The notes under the pieces are model-generated. The model was not told the origin of the DNA. It did no database searches and saw only the letters and a list, made by a program, of their open reading frames with translations. 64,000 bases of DNA from Deltaproteobacteria bacterium (GTDB taxonomy: Bacteria; UBA10199; JACPAL01; GCA-016699445), in the NCBI GenBank assembly GCA_016699445.1, contig CP064976.1, forward strand, positions 2,478,162 through 2,542,161, written 5' to 3'. Of this stretch, positions 37,824 to 50,756 are shown piece after piece. A program made the position numbers and the translations under genes. Every line of letters starts with the position of its first letter. Within the stretch, counting starts at the first letter, position 1.

Positions 37824-38954
37824 GTGTTTATTGGTCTTAGAAGACGGAAGCGTCTTTGAAGGAAAATCCTTTGGATATGTCGGTGAATCCATCGGCGAAA
37901 TTGTCTTTAATACCAGCATGACAGGATATCAGGAAATTCTTACCGATCCTTCGTATAAAGGCCAGATGGTTGTGATGACGTATCCTGAAATTGGAAATTA
38001 CGGAATCAATCTTGAAGATATCGAATCTCGAAAACTTTTTTTAGAAGGGTTTATTGTCAGACAATACAATCCGATGCCGTCTAATTTTCGATCGACTCAA
38101 ACTCTGGATCAATACCTGAAAAAAAATAAAGTCGTCGGAATCGAAGGTGTGGATACGCGAGCTCTTACACGCCATCTGCGCGATCATGGTTCGAAGATGG
38201 GAATTATCTCTAATGTCGATGGGGATGTGAAACGCCTTTTGAAAAAGTAAAAGCTGCACCCAAGATGGTGGGACGTGATTTGGCCAAGGAAGTGACTTGT
38301 GAAAAGCCTTATCATTGGACGGAAAAATTGTGGGAATTGGACGTAGGGGCGCAATTAATTGCGCCCAGGCAAGATGCAGGGCGTGATAAATCACGCCCCT
38401 ACAAAGTAGTCGCCTATGATTTTGGAATCAAATACAACATTCTTCGAGGTTTGGTGAGTGCCGGTTGTGATGTGACGGTTGTACCTGCAATGACTTCAGC
38501 ATCAGATGTTTTAGCCATGAATCCAGACGGCATTTTTCTTTCCAATGGTCCGGGTGATCCTGAGCCTGTGACGTACGCTATTGAAAATATTCAAAAGCTG
38601 TTGGGGAAAAAACCACTTTTTGGAATTTGCCTAGGCCATCAACTTCTAGGACTGGCTTTGGGTGGAAAGACGTACAAGTTAAAATTTGGTCATCATGGGG
38701 GCAATCAACCTGTGATGGATATGAGTACACGAAAAGTCGAAATCACCTCTCAAAATCACAATTTTGCTGTGGATACCGACTCGCTGAAAGGTTTGGCTGA
38801 ACTTTCTCATGTGAATCTCAATGACAAGACTGTTGAAGGAATGAGTGTGATTGGGAAGCCTGCGTTTTCAGTTCAATACCATCCGGAAGCCTCACCGGGT
38901 CCGCATGATTCTCAGTATTTATTTAATCGATTTGTGGAAATGATGAAGGGTTAG
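37810..38954 (+). CDS. carA: Carbamoyl-phosphate synthase small subunit (apparent frameshift near 38245)
   Basis: [48 protein letters not shown]; one extra A in the A5 run joins the two ORFs. Confidence 0.95.
38343..38402. repeat. 60-bp GTAG-REP doublet inside carA (20 codons, [20 protein letters not shown])
   Basis: Left arm GTAGGGGCGCAATTAATTGCGCCC, 12-bp spacer, right arm GGGCGTGATAAATCACGCCCCTAC. Confidence 0.93.
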
Positions 38955-38956
38955 TT

Positions 38957-41900
38957 ATGCCAAAACGTACAGACATTAAGAAAATTATGATTATTGGTTC
39001 CGGTCCTATCGTGATCGGACAAGCGTGTGAGTTTGATTATTCAGGGACTCAAGGTTGCCGAGCTCTCAAAGAAGAAGGCTACGAAGTCATTCTGGTAAAT
39101 TCAAATCCTGCGACGATCATGACAGATCCTGAACTTGCGGATCGCACCTATTTTGAGTCCATCACTCCAGATGTTGTCGCGAAGATCGTCGAGCGCGAAC
39201 GTCCGGATGCGATCCTGCCCACACTTGGCGGTCAGACAGGTCTTAATACTGCCGTGGCTTTAGCCGAATCAGGACTTCTGGCTCGCCTGGGTATTGAACT
39301 CATCGGAGCCAAACTTCCCGCCATTAAAAAAGCAGAGGATCGCGAACTTTTTAAAGAAGCGATGCTGAAAATTGGTCTCGATATTCCCAAAGGTGGATTT
39401 GCGACCAATATGGACGAAGCGATGAAGGTTGTGAAGGAAGTTGGATTTCCAGCGATTATTCGACCTTCATTCACACTGGGTGGCACAGGTGGTAGTGTTG
39501 CAAAAATGAAAAAGAATATCGTGAGCTCGTACGTATCGGTATGGAAGCCAGCCCGACCAGTCAGGTGTTGGTAGAAGAATCTATTTTAGGTTGGAAAGAA
39601 TACGAACTCGAAGTGATGCGTGACACCAAGGACAATGTCGTCATCATTTGTTCGATAGAAAATTTTGACCCGATGGGTGTGCATACAGGAGATTCCATCA
39701 CCGTTGCACCCGCTCAAACATTGACGGATAAAGAATATCAAATCATGCGCGATGCTTCTCTCAAAGTCATTCGAGAGATTGGTGTGGATACCGGCGGATC
39801 CAATATTCAGTTTGGTTTAAATCCTAAAAATGGCCGCATGGTGGTCATCGAAATGAATCCTCGTGTGTCGCGCAGCTCGGCTCTGGCTTCGAAGGCTACA
39901 GGTTTTCCGATTGCGAAGATCGCGACGAAGTTGGCGGTTGGTTATACATTAGATGAAATCCTCAATGATATTACCAAAACAACACCAGCGAGTTTTGAGC
40001 CTACGATTGATTACGTGGTGACAAAAATTCCACGATTTACGTTTGAAAAATTTCCACAAGCGAAGGCTGTGCTCACCACTCAAATGAAATCAGTGGGAGA
40101 GGCGATGGCCATTGGTCGAACTTTTCGTGAATCCATGCAGAAGGCCATCCGTTCTTTGGAAACAGGGCATTATGCTTTAGGCTTGGGTAAGCTTGAAAAA
40201 GATTTTCCCAAAGATAAGGCAAAGGCGACAAAAGTTTTAAAAGAGAAGCTGTCGGTTCCTAATCCTGAGCGGATGTACTATGTGGCTGAAGCCTTGCGAC
40301 GTGGTTGGACGATTGCTCAAGTCCATAAATATTCCTACATCGATCCTTGGTTTTTGTATCACATGAATGAATGTCTTCAGTTTGAAAAAGTTTTACAGAA
40401 AAAGAAGCCTGAAGATTTGTATCAAGCAAAACAAATGGGTTTTTCGGACAAACGCATTGCAGAGCTTTGGAAGTTGGATTCAAAAACGGGTGAATTGAAA
40501 ATTCGAAAAATCCGAAAACAGAAAAAAGTTCTTCCTGTTTATAAACGTGTGGATACCTGCGGTGCTGAGTTTGTCGCTCATACACCATATCAATATTCTA
40601 CTTACGAACAAGAAGACGAATCCGCGGTTACCAAGAAAAAGAAAATCATGATTTTGGGTGGTGGGCCTAATCGTATCGGGCAAGGTATTGAATTTGATTA
40701 TTGCTGCGTCCATGCCAGCCTGGCTTTGCGTGATGCTGGTTTTGAAACCATCATGGTCAATTGTAATCCCGAGACCGTGAGTACGGACTATGATGTGTCC
40801 AGCCGACTTTATTTTGAGCCACTCACCTACGAAGATGTTTTGAATATTGTCGAAAAAGAAAAACCTTTTGGAGTGATTGTGCAGTTTGGTGGGCAGACTC
40901 CTCTGAAATTAGCTGTACCCTTGATGAAGGCTGGGGTTCCGATCATTGGGACGTCTCCTATGGATATCAATCGAGCTGAAGATCGAAAACTTTTTGCGAC
41001 CATGCTCAACAAACTCAAGATTCGCCAAACTCAAAATGGGACAGCCAATACGGATAAAGAAGCTATCAAGATCGCCAATAAGATTGGCTATCCGGTGGTC
41101 GTGCGACCTTCGTATGTGCTCGGTGGTCGTGCGATGGAAATTGTTTATAATGATGCTGGCTTGAAGGATTATCTCAAACGAGAATCTTGGGTGAAGCCTA
41201 TTTTAATTGATCATTTTCTGGAAGCGGCTGTTGAAGTCGACGTGGATGCTTTGTGTGATGGCAAGAATGTTTTTGTGGCCGGTATCTTGGAGCATATTGA
41301 AGAAGCGGGGATTCATTCGGGTGATAGTGCGATGAGTTTGCCGACACGTTCATTATCGGAAAAAATGCTGGATCAGATTAAGGATTGGACGATCCGCATG
41401 GCCAAGGAGCTTAAAGTCATTGGTTTGATGAATGTTCAATATGCGATCAAAGACGATCAACTCTATGTCCTTGAAGTCAATCCAAGAGCTTCACGTACAG
41501 TGCCGTTTATTTCAAAAGCTACAGGACGTCCTTTGGCTAAAATTGCTTCATTGATTATGAGTGGTAAAAAGCTCAAAGATTTTGATCTCAAGCCTGAGAG
41601 AGTTTTTGATCATATAGCGATTAAAGAGTCGGTGTTTCCATTTAGTAAATTTCCAGGTGTGGATACGTTGTTAGGGCCTGAAATGAAATCGACTGGTGAA
41701 GTCATGGGAATTGCCAGCACGTTTGGTGAAGCTTTTGCCAAATCCCAAATTGCAGCTGGAAATCATTTGCCCCTTCAGGGCACAGTTTTTGTGAGTGTGC
41801 GTGATTCTGACAAACCGATTGTTTTACCTGCCATTCAAAAACTTCATGACTTGGGTTTTAAATTGATTGCTACAGATGGTACCGCCAAATTTTTAAATCA

Positions 41901-42174
41901 TGCCGGATTACCTGTTTCCCCTGTCAATAAAGTCGCTCAAGGTGGTTTCAATATTGTCGATATGATGGACAAAGGTGAAGTGTCCATGGTGATCAATACT
42001 CCGGAAGGTTCTTCTTCAGCCAAAGATTCGGCTTACATCCGTCGAAAATCTGTTCAAAAAGGCATTCCATACTTTACGACAGCGGCAGCAGCTGTCGCAG
42101 CGGCTGAAGGCATCAAAGCCTTGAAACATCATGGTTTGTCGGTGCAGTCGATGCAGGAATATTTGACTCCTTAG
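38957..42174 (+). CDS. carB: Carbamoyl-phosphate synthase large subunit (apparent frameshift near 39503)
   Basis: [63 protein letters not shown] domain; one extra A in the A5 run joins the ORFs. Confidence 0.96.
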
Positions 42175-45100
42175 CGGAGGGTTGCTTTCCAAGAATTTAG
42201 AAGGCCAGGATTTTGCTTCATAAATGAAATCCAGTTCTCAAAAAAAATCTTTTTACTAATAACGCCTGAAATCAGATTTTTTAATAGTTGGGATGATTCG
42301 CTTATTTTTTTAATAATAGCAGGGCTCTGATGATGAGCGATGATGAAAGCAAAAAGAGCCTTAAAATCAGGATCTGCTTCGGATTGTGTGGTCAGACCTA
42401 AAATATAAATACTAAAAACAGGATCATTTCTTCTTGGGCATGTCTTCCAGAGCATTCTGGCAGAGTCATAATCTTGAAAATTCATCTCCTGCATTCCTTC
42501 AACTCTAGAAGTCCAGGAGAAGCGAGGCTTTGACGGAGACTGAATATGCAATCCTCTTTGCAGTTCTGGATTTTCACAGATTCTCCACAAAATCTCATGA
42601 CGATATTTTAAATAAAGCCCTAACATCGCATTATAAAATATCCTCATGGCTTCGTTTTTTCTTTCAGTAAAACGATGCATATCTCTATCATCAAAAACCA
42701 TAAATCTTTCGATTTCTTTGAGTACTTCCTTATCATTAAAAGACCAGATACTCCCAAGAGCATAATAATAATAGCCGAAACCTTAAACAGGGGTTGTTTG
42801 AAGTGATCAGAAAAATATCTTTTCCAAATCTGATCAATTTCGTCTCTAATTTTTTGAGTCGTGACTACTGGAGATTGAAAAGTTTCAATAAAATAATGAA
42901 GATCTCGATCCAGTAAACTTAATTCTGGCATATCTTTAATTGAAATATCAGTGCCAATTTCTTCAAACCATCTTTGATTTAAATCTCTTTTTCTAGATGC
43001 AAAAGTTTCTCCTGCAATTCGAAGGGTCGTGGAAAGTTTTTCATAAATTTCATCAGGTAAAACTTTTTCAGGATGAGAGTAAAAATGATTAAAATACTCT
43101 CGAACGTTACCGTATTCAGCTGATTCCAAAGAAACATCTTGAATGTGATCTAGGCCTAGAGGGATTAAATCATTATCATCACTATATACTTCCACACTAT
43201 TTGGTTCGGTTTTGACAAGTCTCCGAGCAAAGAAATGAGCTCCAGTTAATCTAAATCTTGTGGTGATACCTTTCATGATAGATGTCAGATTTTTAATATA
43301 AGGAAGAATATCATCATTCATTGGGGTTCTGTTAATAGGGTCACGTTCTTTGTGATCAAGATATTGATCGCACATATCTGTTACACATTTAAAAATATTG
43401 GCTCCATATTCAGGACGCAAAGTTGCCCACAGAGACCAACATACAGCGATATCCAACACAGGGTCTCTCTGTAGTTGAGTATGATGAGGCTGCAGATTGA
43501 TATAGTCATCAAAAACACGAATCAAGGGATGGCCACGACTTATAATGAGTGTTTGTGGGTATTTAGTATCTAGATGAGCTGAGATGAGGACTCTATGATC
43601 AGGATCCATATCATTTAGCCGAGTCATTCCAATAGCCCCTTTCCATTCTTCAGGCATTACAGGCTCTAATGTGATAATATTTTTTCCTACAATACGCAGT
43701 CTGATGCCATTAGCATCATTCTTATCCAAAGACTGTTTAATCTCTGCCCAGTGCTGACAGGGCTGTGTGAGATCATACTCTTCAGGTCCTGCATAAGTAT
43801 CTTCTAAATGAACAAACCCAAAATAATAACCTGATGGAATTTCCTCTGATTTTTCCTCATGAGGATTCCTTTTATCTAATCCCTCTTTGAGATTGTATTT
43901 CAGAAGTGTTGGAATGATCTTGTCTTGATGCTTTTTGTAAATAGCATCTACAGATTGACACATAGATTCCGGCTTGTCTGATTTCTTATTGGCTAAAGCC
44001 AAATCTCGAATGGGTGACTTATCTCCTGTTAGACGAATATAATCGATAATATCATTAATAGCTGGCCAAGCTGCGATGGCTTCACGTGTGACTAAAATTC
44101 TTCGGATAAATGAATGGGCAACATGATCCTCAATGCCCAATTCTCCCGGGGAAAAAGGACTCAAGAAACTAAGCATGCGTAATTCATCATAAGTATGAAA
44201 ATCTTTAGGAGAATTAGGGTTATCTGTGAACTCTTCAAAGGGATTTGCTGCCGGTGGAATCATGCCATCAGAAAGCACTTTTTTTTGTATAAGCATTCGT
44301 GTTCAAACGATTTCTTATTTCATCACGATAGCGAAAATAGTAGCGAGAGAGGGCATCCAAAAGAGCTACTGAATTAATAGAGACTTTGGATAGTTGTGAA
44401 TCAAGTATCTGAGAAACATTTCTTAAATGATTGGCATCATAAAAAAAGCCTCCCATAAACATGAGTGAAAGTATGGATTTTGATGGAGCAAGATTTAAAT
44501 CATTAGAAATAGTTTTATAACCATCCAAAACTTTTGCGTAGAGGTGCTTTCCCGAAGCATCTCTCATATCGCTTCTTTGTGACATGACATAGAGGAGCAG
44601 ATTCTTTTCAAGAGCTTGAGAAACACCTGGCTCTGTTACAATATTTGAGTAGTCGTTAATTGTGGAGGAAAGCTTTTCCCAATTAGCTTCAATAAGCATA
44701 GCCAGTGGGCCAACACAATGAGTGGTAAAGGCAAAAATTTCAGGACATTGGATCAGTCGAACCTTGAGGGCCTCATTTTTTCCAGACCATTGTTTGGCCC
44801 AAAAAACGACAATGTCATCATAAAGTTTTAATGATTCTTTTTGTAACTCTAAAATATTAGTTTCAACAGGATGAGCCGTAGCGTTAAAAGTGCAGCTCTA
44901 AGTGAGTTGCGCTTAACTCTTATCTCTTCTTCTGTGCCTTCAATACAAAAATCAGCTCCTGTGCGCCTGAGCCATAAATACGCCATCATATCTTTTTCAA
45001 TCGTAACACTTTCTTTGTGGGATCTAACAGGATCTGGCCAAAATTGTGTCATGGCTAAATTACCTATCAAGAAGCGTGTTGGATCAGACGCTGTATTTTG

Positions 45101-48100
45101 CAGTAAATTGTTTAAATGATTTCTTAATTCAAGGGGAGTCAGATTCCCACGCAGAGCACTCTTCAAAATATCTAGAGATGAAGTATTTGGAAGTGAACGA
45201 AAATAATAACTAAAAAGAACAGCTAAATCATCAGCGGATGTTTTAAAAAGTCTTTTTTGGTTTTCAGTATCAGCAGTTGTAATATCCTCATGCATAAAAT
45301 GAATTTGATTAGGGGCAATGGTTTGGCCATCAATCATGACCAACTCATCAAGTCTGTCTATTTGAATGATTTCCATTTCCCCAACAGCACCACCAGCAGC
45401 AGATTCCGCAATGAATATATACTTTTTGCTAGAACCCTTTTGATAGAGGGTTTCTAGTTTTTTTACTAGAGAGGTAGCTTCAGGTAGTATCCATTCCAAA
45501 CTCTTAAACTTTCTCTCAGGAAGCTCTGCTTTTTTCTCTTTAGGATGTTGTTCAATAATTTTCAAAACTTCAGCCCAACGCTGAGTCGCTTCACTTTCAG
45601 AGCCTTCATAAAAAATAGATTCAGCAAGCGCTGACAGTGGTGGTGTTGTCTCTATGTGTTCTGAATTTTGAGGTGTGTAAGATTGAGTGAGTAATGATTC
45701 TTTTATTAATTCTGAAACCACATCTTTTTGAAGACATTCCGGATTTTCATCATTCCATATTCCAAGATATTCTGAAAAGCCTCCGAATTTATCGCGATAT
45801 GTTTTTGATTGTTCTGCATGACATCTTTCATAATGCCTGGCCAAATCTTCTAAGGCAATAATGGGCGCTGTTTCTCCAAGCACTTGTCGTGCACAAAGGA
45901 TGAGGTCAACAGGCTCATCTTGTCGGAGTGATCGAGCTAAAGTCAGATCGATCATTTGTTGAATATTGACGGATGCTGGTTTGTCTTTTTGAAATGTCCG
46001 ATAAGAATTTCTTAAAAAGTTTATGTAATTTTCCAAAATTTTTTGTGCTTTCGGACGAGAGGTATCTGTAAAAATGGGAACCCCTAAAAACTGGAATCTT
46101 TGCCGAATGCGTTCGTTCATGAAAAGATCTCGAGTGCTGGCTTCAGGAATTTTTTTTGATGTGATCCACTCAATTGGGATGGCACGGCATAATTCCTTAA
46201 TTGATTCTTCCGAAATCTCTCCCGCTTCTCTTGCGGCAAAAGCTGAAAGAAGTTTTTGAGAAAGACTGTCCTGAAGTCGTGTAGGGAGTTCTTGTTTAGG
46301 AGGGCAGACAAAGTCTTCTACGGTTTCAGCTTTTGTTTGTTTTTGAGATTCTCCTGAATCCTTATCCTCATGCTTTTTCCCTTTTTGAGAATCACTCTGT
46401 CGGCGTCTTTTGTCTAAAGCTTCCTGATTGTCTTTTGATTTAAGTGAATAGCGTACACTAGCTGGTTGAGATTTTAGCTCCAGACGTAAAGCGCGATAAC
46501 GTTCTGCCAAACTTTGACGCTTATCTGCACTCATGCTTGGAAAAAGTTGTTCGATTAATTTTTCAATATCATTTTCGGTAACGGCTTCTTTGGCTAAAAG
46601 GTAGGTGATATGAAGTCTCAAAAGATCTTGAGCTTGGATATTTTTTTGTTGGTGCAAAGCTTTTAAGAGACGTGTGGGGAGATAAAAATTAAATCCTTCA
46701 AAACGAGCTTCAAGTGGGGTTGTGTCATCGGGCCAATCATCCACAAAGTGAACCGTATACTTATTTGTCTTTTGTCCAGATTCGGAAGGAAGTGATTCGT
46801 AGAGAGTGGTGACTTCAGAAGCCCTCAAATCCCAAGCAAACATAATGATATGACGGGCGGCTTTAGCTGCTTTATCTAAAGTATTAAGCGGCATTGCTTT
46901 TCTAACTTCTGGATCAAGGTAAGCTGTTACTTTTCCTGTCTCATTTTTGAGCGCTACTCTCATGCGAGACACACGCTTGAGAGCGGTTTCTAGTGTAAGA
47001 TCTTCGGAGAGAAGTGAAACTATATCGTGTGGAGATTGCCCAAATGTTATTAAGGCCTGAAGTCGACCCTCAACTTCGTCCAACAACTCATCCAGAGGCT
47101 GGCCAGGATCAAGCAAATCTTTAATAGGAAACTCATGAATATCGGCAGCCTTCCGATCGACTGTGGTTTCTTGGAGTCTGCTGATGTCTTTATTATGAAT
47201 AAAAATACATGTAGGAGAGTTTTTAAAATAGGGTCTGTTATGGAAGTCAGTCTTGTCGACCTTTATCTCTAATAAAGGTAAGAGCGGGGCTAATTCCAAA
47301 AGAGCTAATCCTAATGGACTTAGCATGGTGGCGACCGTGCTACGGGTTTTGGGTGCGGCTCGAGTGAGATTACGTTTCCCTTGAGCATGAGCTTTGAGAG
47401 TATCAGCAGTAATTTTATCCTGAATCTGCTGCATTCCATCGTCTGTTGTGATGATCCATTCCTCAGCACTGCGTTTGTTAAAAGCATTTAAAAGTTCTTC
47501 TTGAGTTAGATGAAGAAGGTTTGTTGGAGCAAGGTCGTAAAACTCAGAAGGCATATAGGCTAATGCAGTTGTTTCAATGATAACTTCTCTAAGTGGAGCC
47601 AAAGTTTTGGGAAGGGCTAAAAAAAGCCAAAGCCAAAAGATCAGGACGTGGACCGTAAGATTGTTGTTCAGGTGTCTGTCGACTGAGAATATAGTCACAG
47701 ACTTTAGTCAGAATCATGAGGTCACTAGGTTTATGTTCTTTTCCATATCCACCCAGGCCGTATTGAAGAACTGTCTCCACGTTTACTTCAACTCTTGCCC
47801 TGAAATCAGATTTCTCATCTGCAGTCATCGAACCATGGATGCCAAATCTTTTGAGATAAGTGCGTAATGTGTCGGAGTCTTGTAGTTTTTCAAAAACGAT
47901 GGGGCGGGGAGGGGGGAGCGTGTCAATTTTAGCTGCAATGCCAGCAAGTGCCTCAAATGTGGTCTCTAAGTTAGAAAATACAGTTGTCGAAGCTTGAGGC
48001 TCTACAGGTTGAACGAGCCTGCAGATGAGTTCAAATGCCGTTTTTGCAGCATCTATTCTGTCATTGTGTAATCTGTCTGGGTCGAGGACAATAGATAATG

Positions 48101-48182
48101 CTAGGGCAATTTGAGGGTATTGCTCCACTTTAGGCATAAACTGACGTAAGGCCGCAGTTTTGATATCGTATCCAAATGACAT
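42171..48182 (-). CDS. Probable single ~2,003-aa orphan protein split by four apparent frameshifts
   Basis: Five consecutive same-strand ORFs rejoin at short runs near 47619-25 (A7), 44886-89 (A4), 44279-86 (T8) and ~42783; the span is 6012 nt = 2004 codons and the first and last ORFs share a frame. No domain recognised. Confidence 0.65.
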
Positions 48183-48307
48183 AAAACCATCTTCGCCTAA
48201 TCAGCTCAAAAGTTTCGGAGTTTTTCAAAAAAGTCCCTCGACAATTGAAAAAGACTTAGGCTAGGAGGGCCCACTTTCAAATTTTAAGCATTATATAAGG
48301 AGCATTT

Positions 48308-50410
48308 ATGGCTAGCGCCGCTATGGAAAAAGTAAGAAATATCGGTATTTCCGCACACATCGACTCAGGAAAGACCACACTCACAGAACGTATTTTGTTC
48401 TACACCAATAAAATTCACAAAATTGAAGAAGTGCGTGGAAAGTCAGGCGTGGGCGCGACGATGGATTTTATGGATCTCGAAAGAGAAAAGGGAATCACCA
48501 TCCAGTCCGCTGCGACTTATTGCGAATGGAAAGATACTGTTATCAATATCATCGATACTCCCGGTCACGTGGATTTTACGATTGAAGTGGAACGCGCTCT
48601 TCGCGTGCTCGATGGTGCGATTTTGGTTCTGTGTTCTGTTTCCGGTGTTCAAAGTCAGTCGATCACTGTGGATCGTCAGATGACTCGTTATCATGTTCCT
48701 CGTATTGCCTTCGTCAATAAGATGGACCGTGCAGGCGCGGATCCGATTCGTGTCATGCATCAATTGCGTGATAAGTTGGGTCACAATGCTCACATGATTG
48801 CACTTCCTATTGGAGCTGAAGATCAGTTTAAAGGAATCGTCGATCTCGTTGAAATGAAAGCTTATTATTTTGATGGAGACAACGGCGAAAATATCCGTAT
48901 CGAAGAAATTCCTGCCGATCTTTTAGAATCAGCCAAAGAGCGTCGTGCTGAATTGGTAGCTGCAATGGGCGATTTTGATGATGAAGTCATCAGCCTCTTT
49001 TTAGAGGATAAACCTGTTCCCGCAGATCTTTTAAGAAGAGCTATTCGTAAAGCTACTTTGAGTTTGAAATTTATTCCTGTGATGTGCGGATCTGCCTATA
49101 AAAATAAAGGTGTTCAGGTTCTTTTGGATGCTGTTGGACATTATCTGCCCAATCCTGCTGAAGTTGAAAACAAAGCTCTCGATCAGGACAATAACGAAGC
49201 CGAAGTTATCTTGGAATCCAATCCTGAAAAGTCTTTTGTCGGATTGGCTTTCAAATTGGAAGACGGCCGCTTTGGTCAATTGACCTACATGAGAATTTAT
49301 CAGGGTAAAGTCTCCAAAGGTGATTTTATTGTAAACTCCAGCAATGGAAAAAAAGTAAAGATTCCACGTCTGGTGCGTATGCATGCTGATGAAATGCATG
49401 ATATCGAAGTTGCTCAAGCAGGTGATATTGTGGCGATGTTTGGTGTGGAATGCGCTTCTGGTGATACATTCACCGATGGTGAAAACCGTTTAACGATGAC
49501 ATCGATGCACGTGTTTAATGTTGTTATTTCCTTGGCCGTAGCTCCTAAAGACAAAGCAGGTCAGTCTAACTTTTCAAAAGCTTTGAATCGATTTACTAAA
49601 GAAGATCCGACTTTCCGAGTGCACCGTGATGAAGAAAGTGCTCAGACAATTATTTCTGGAATGGGTGAGTTGCACTTAGAAATCTACATTGAACGTATGA
49701 AGCGTGAATATGCCTGCGAAGTTATTTCCGGAAAACCTCAAGTGGCTTACCGTGAAGCGATCACTAAGCAGACAGATTTTATGTACCAGCATAAAAAACA
49801 GACGGGTGGTTCTGGTCAATATGCTAAAATCGCAGGTACTTTCGAGCCTCTCCCAGCTGATGCTGTTCAAAACTATGAATTCGTCGATGAAATTGTTGGT
49901 GGTAAAATTCCTCGTGAATTTATCCCTTCTTGCGACAAAGGCTTTCAAGAGCAGCTTAAAAAGGGTCTTCTTATTGGAGCTCCCGTGGTTGGTTTCCGTG
50001 CCATCATCAACGACGGTGCTTACCATGACGTCGACTCATCCGATATGGCTTTCCGTATCTGCGCTATGACAGCCATTCGTGAGTTCTACAATGCTTGTGG
50101 TCCAATCATCCTCGAGCCCATCATGAGATTACAGACTCAAGCTCCTGAAGAATTTCAAGGAGCCACTGTGGGTCAAATCAATCAACGCCGCGGAGTCATC
50201 GTCAGCACAGGTACGAGCAACAAGTATGCTCAGATCGACGCTGAAGTGCCACTTTCTGAAATGTTTGGTTATTCCACCGACCTTCGAAGTGCGACACAAG
50301 GTAAGGGCGAGTTCCAAATGGAATTTCTCAAATACGCTCCCGTACCTCGTAACGTCCAAGACGTTCTCGTCAAACAATACCAAGAAAAACGCGCAGCTGA
50401 GAATAAGTAG
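48308..50410 (+). CDS. fusA: Elongation factor G, stand-alone paralog
   Basis: [52 protein letters not shown]; 700 aa; no rpsL/rpsG/tuf neighbours. Confidence 0.96.
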   Translation: MASAAMEKVRNIGISAHIDSGKTTLTERILFYTNKIHKIEEVRGKSGVGATMDFMDLEREKGITIQSAATYCEWKDTVINIIDTPGHVDFTIEVERALRVLDGAILVLCSVSGVQSQSITVDRQMTRYHVPRIAFVNKMDRAGADPIRVMHQLRDKLGHNAHMIALPIGAEDQFKGIVDLVEMKAYYFDGDNGENIRIEEIPADLLESAKERRAELVAAMGDFDDEVISLFLEDKPVPADLLRRAIRKATLSLKFIPVMCGSAYKNKGVQVLLDAVGHYLPNPAEVENKALDQDNNEAEVILESNPEKSFVGLAFKLEDGRFGQLTYMRIYQGKVSKGDFIVNSSNGKKVKIPRLVRMHADEMHDIEVAQAGDIVAMFGVECASGDTFTDGENRLTMTSMHVFNVVISLAVAPKDKAGQSNFSKALNRFTKEDPTFRVHRDEESAQTIISGMGELHLEIYIERMKREYACEVISGKPQVAYREAITKQTDFMYQHKKQTGGSGQYAKIAGTFEPLPADAVQNYEFVDEIVGGKIPREFIPSCDKGFQEQLKKGLLIGAPVVGFRAIINDGAYHDVDSSDMAFRICAMTAIREFYNACGPIILEPIMRLQTQAPEEFQGATVGQINQRRGVIVSTGTSNKYAQIDAEVPLSEMFGYSTDLRSATQGKGEFQMEFLKYAPVPRNVQDVLVKQYQEKRAAENK

Positions 50411-50432
50411 GATGAGTCGTTAGCTATTTCCT

Positions 50433-50756
50433 ATGCTCATCAATTCATCTGATTTGGATAAAGTAAAACAGGTTGTTGAAAAATATTTTATCTCAATTGA
50501 CGGTGATCTCTTTTTGTTTGGTTCTCAAGCGACAGGCCAGCAAACACGTATATCAGATTATGATATTGGCTATTTTGCCGATGAAAATCTAAATCCTACC
50601 CAAAGAGAAAATCTTCGTGAGGAATTGGAAAATCTCGACATCCCTGTAAAGGTTGACCTAATCAATTTTAAGGAAGTTACGGACGATTTCAAAGAGATTG
50701 CCCTTAAAAAAGTGATTTTATGGAAGAAGAAATCAAAAAACTCTCTCTTCAATTAG
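50433..50756 (+). CDS. Minimal nucleotidyltransferase (MNT) antitoxin
   Basis: GS-x10-DYD motif (GSQATGQQTRISDYD), KVDLI; 107 aa. Confidence 0.88.
   Translation: MLINSSDLDKVKQVVEKYFISIDGDLFLFGSQATGQQTRISDYDIGYFADENLNPTQRENLREELENLDIPVKVDLINFKEVTDDFKEIALKKVILWKKKSKNSLFN

Noticed and set aside
42644-47698. Transmembrane helices at the ends of the orphan ORFs
   Set aside because: They lie in the out-of-frame tails or heads next to the inferred frameshifts.
49505-49525. EF-G segment HVFNVVIS replacing the usual HVPxPVIS
   Set aside because: It could be C-to-T miscalls or a local variant; this cannot be judged without reads.
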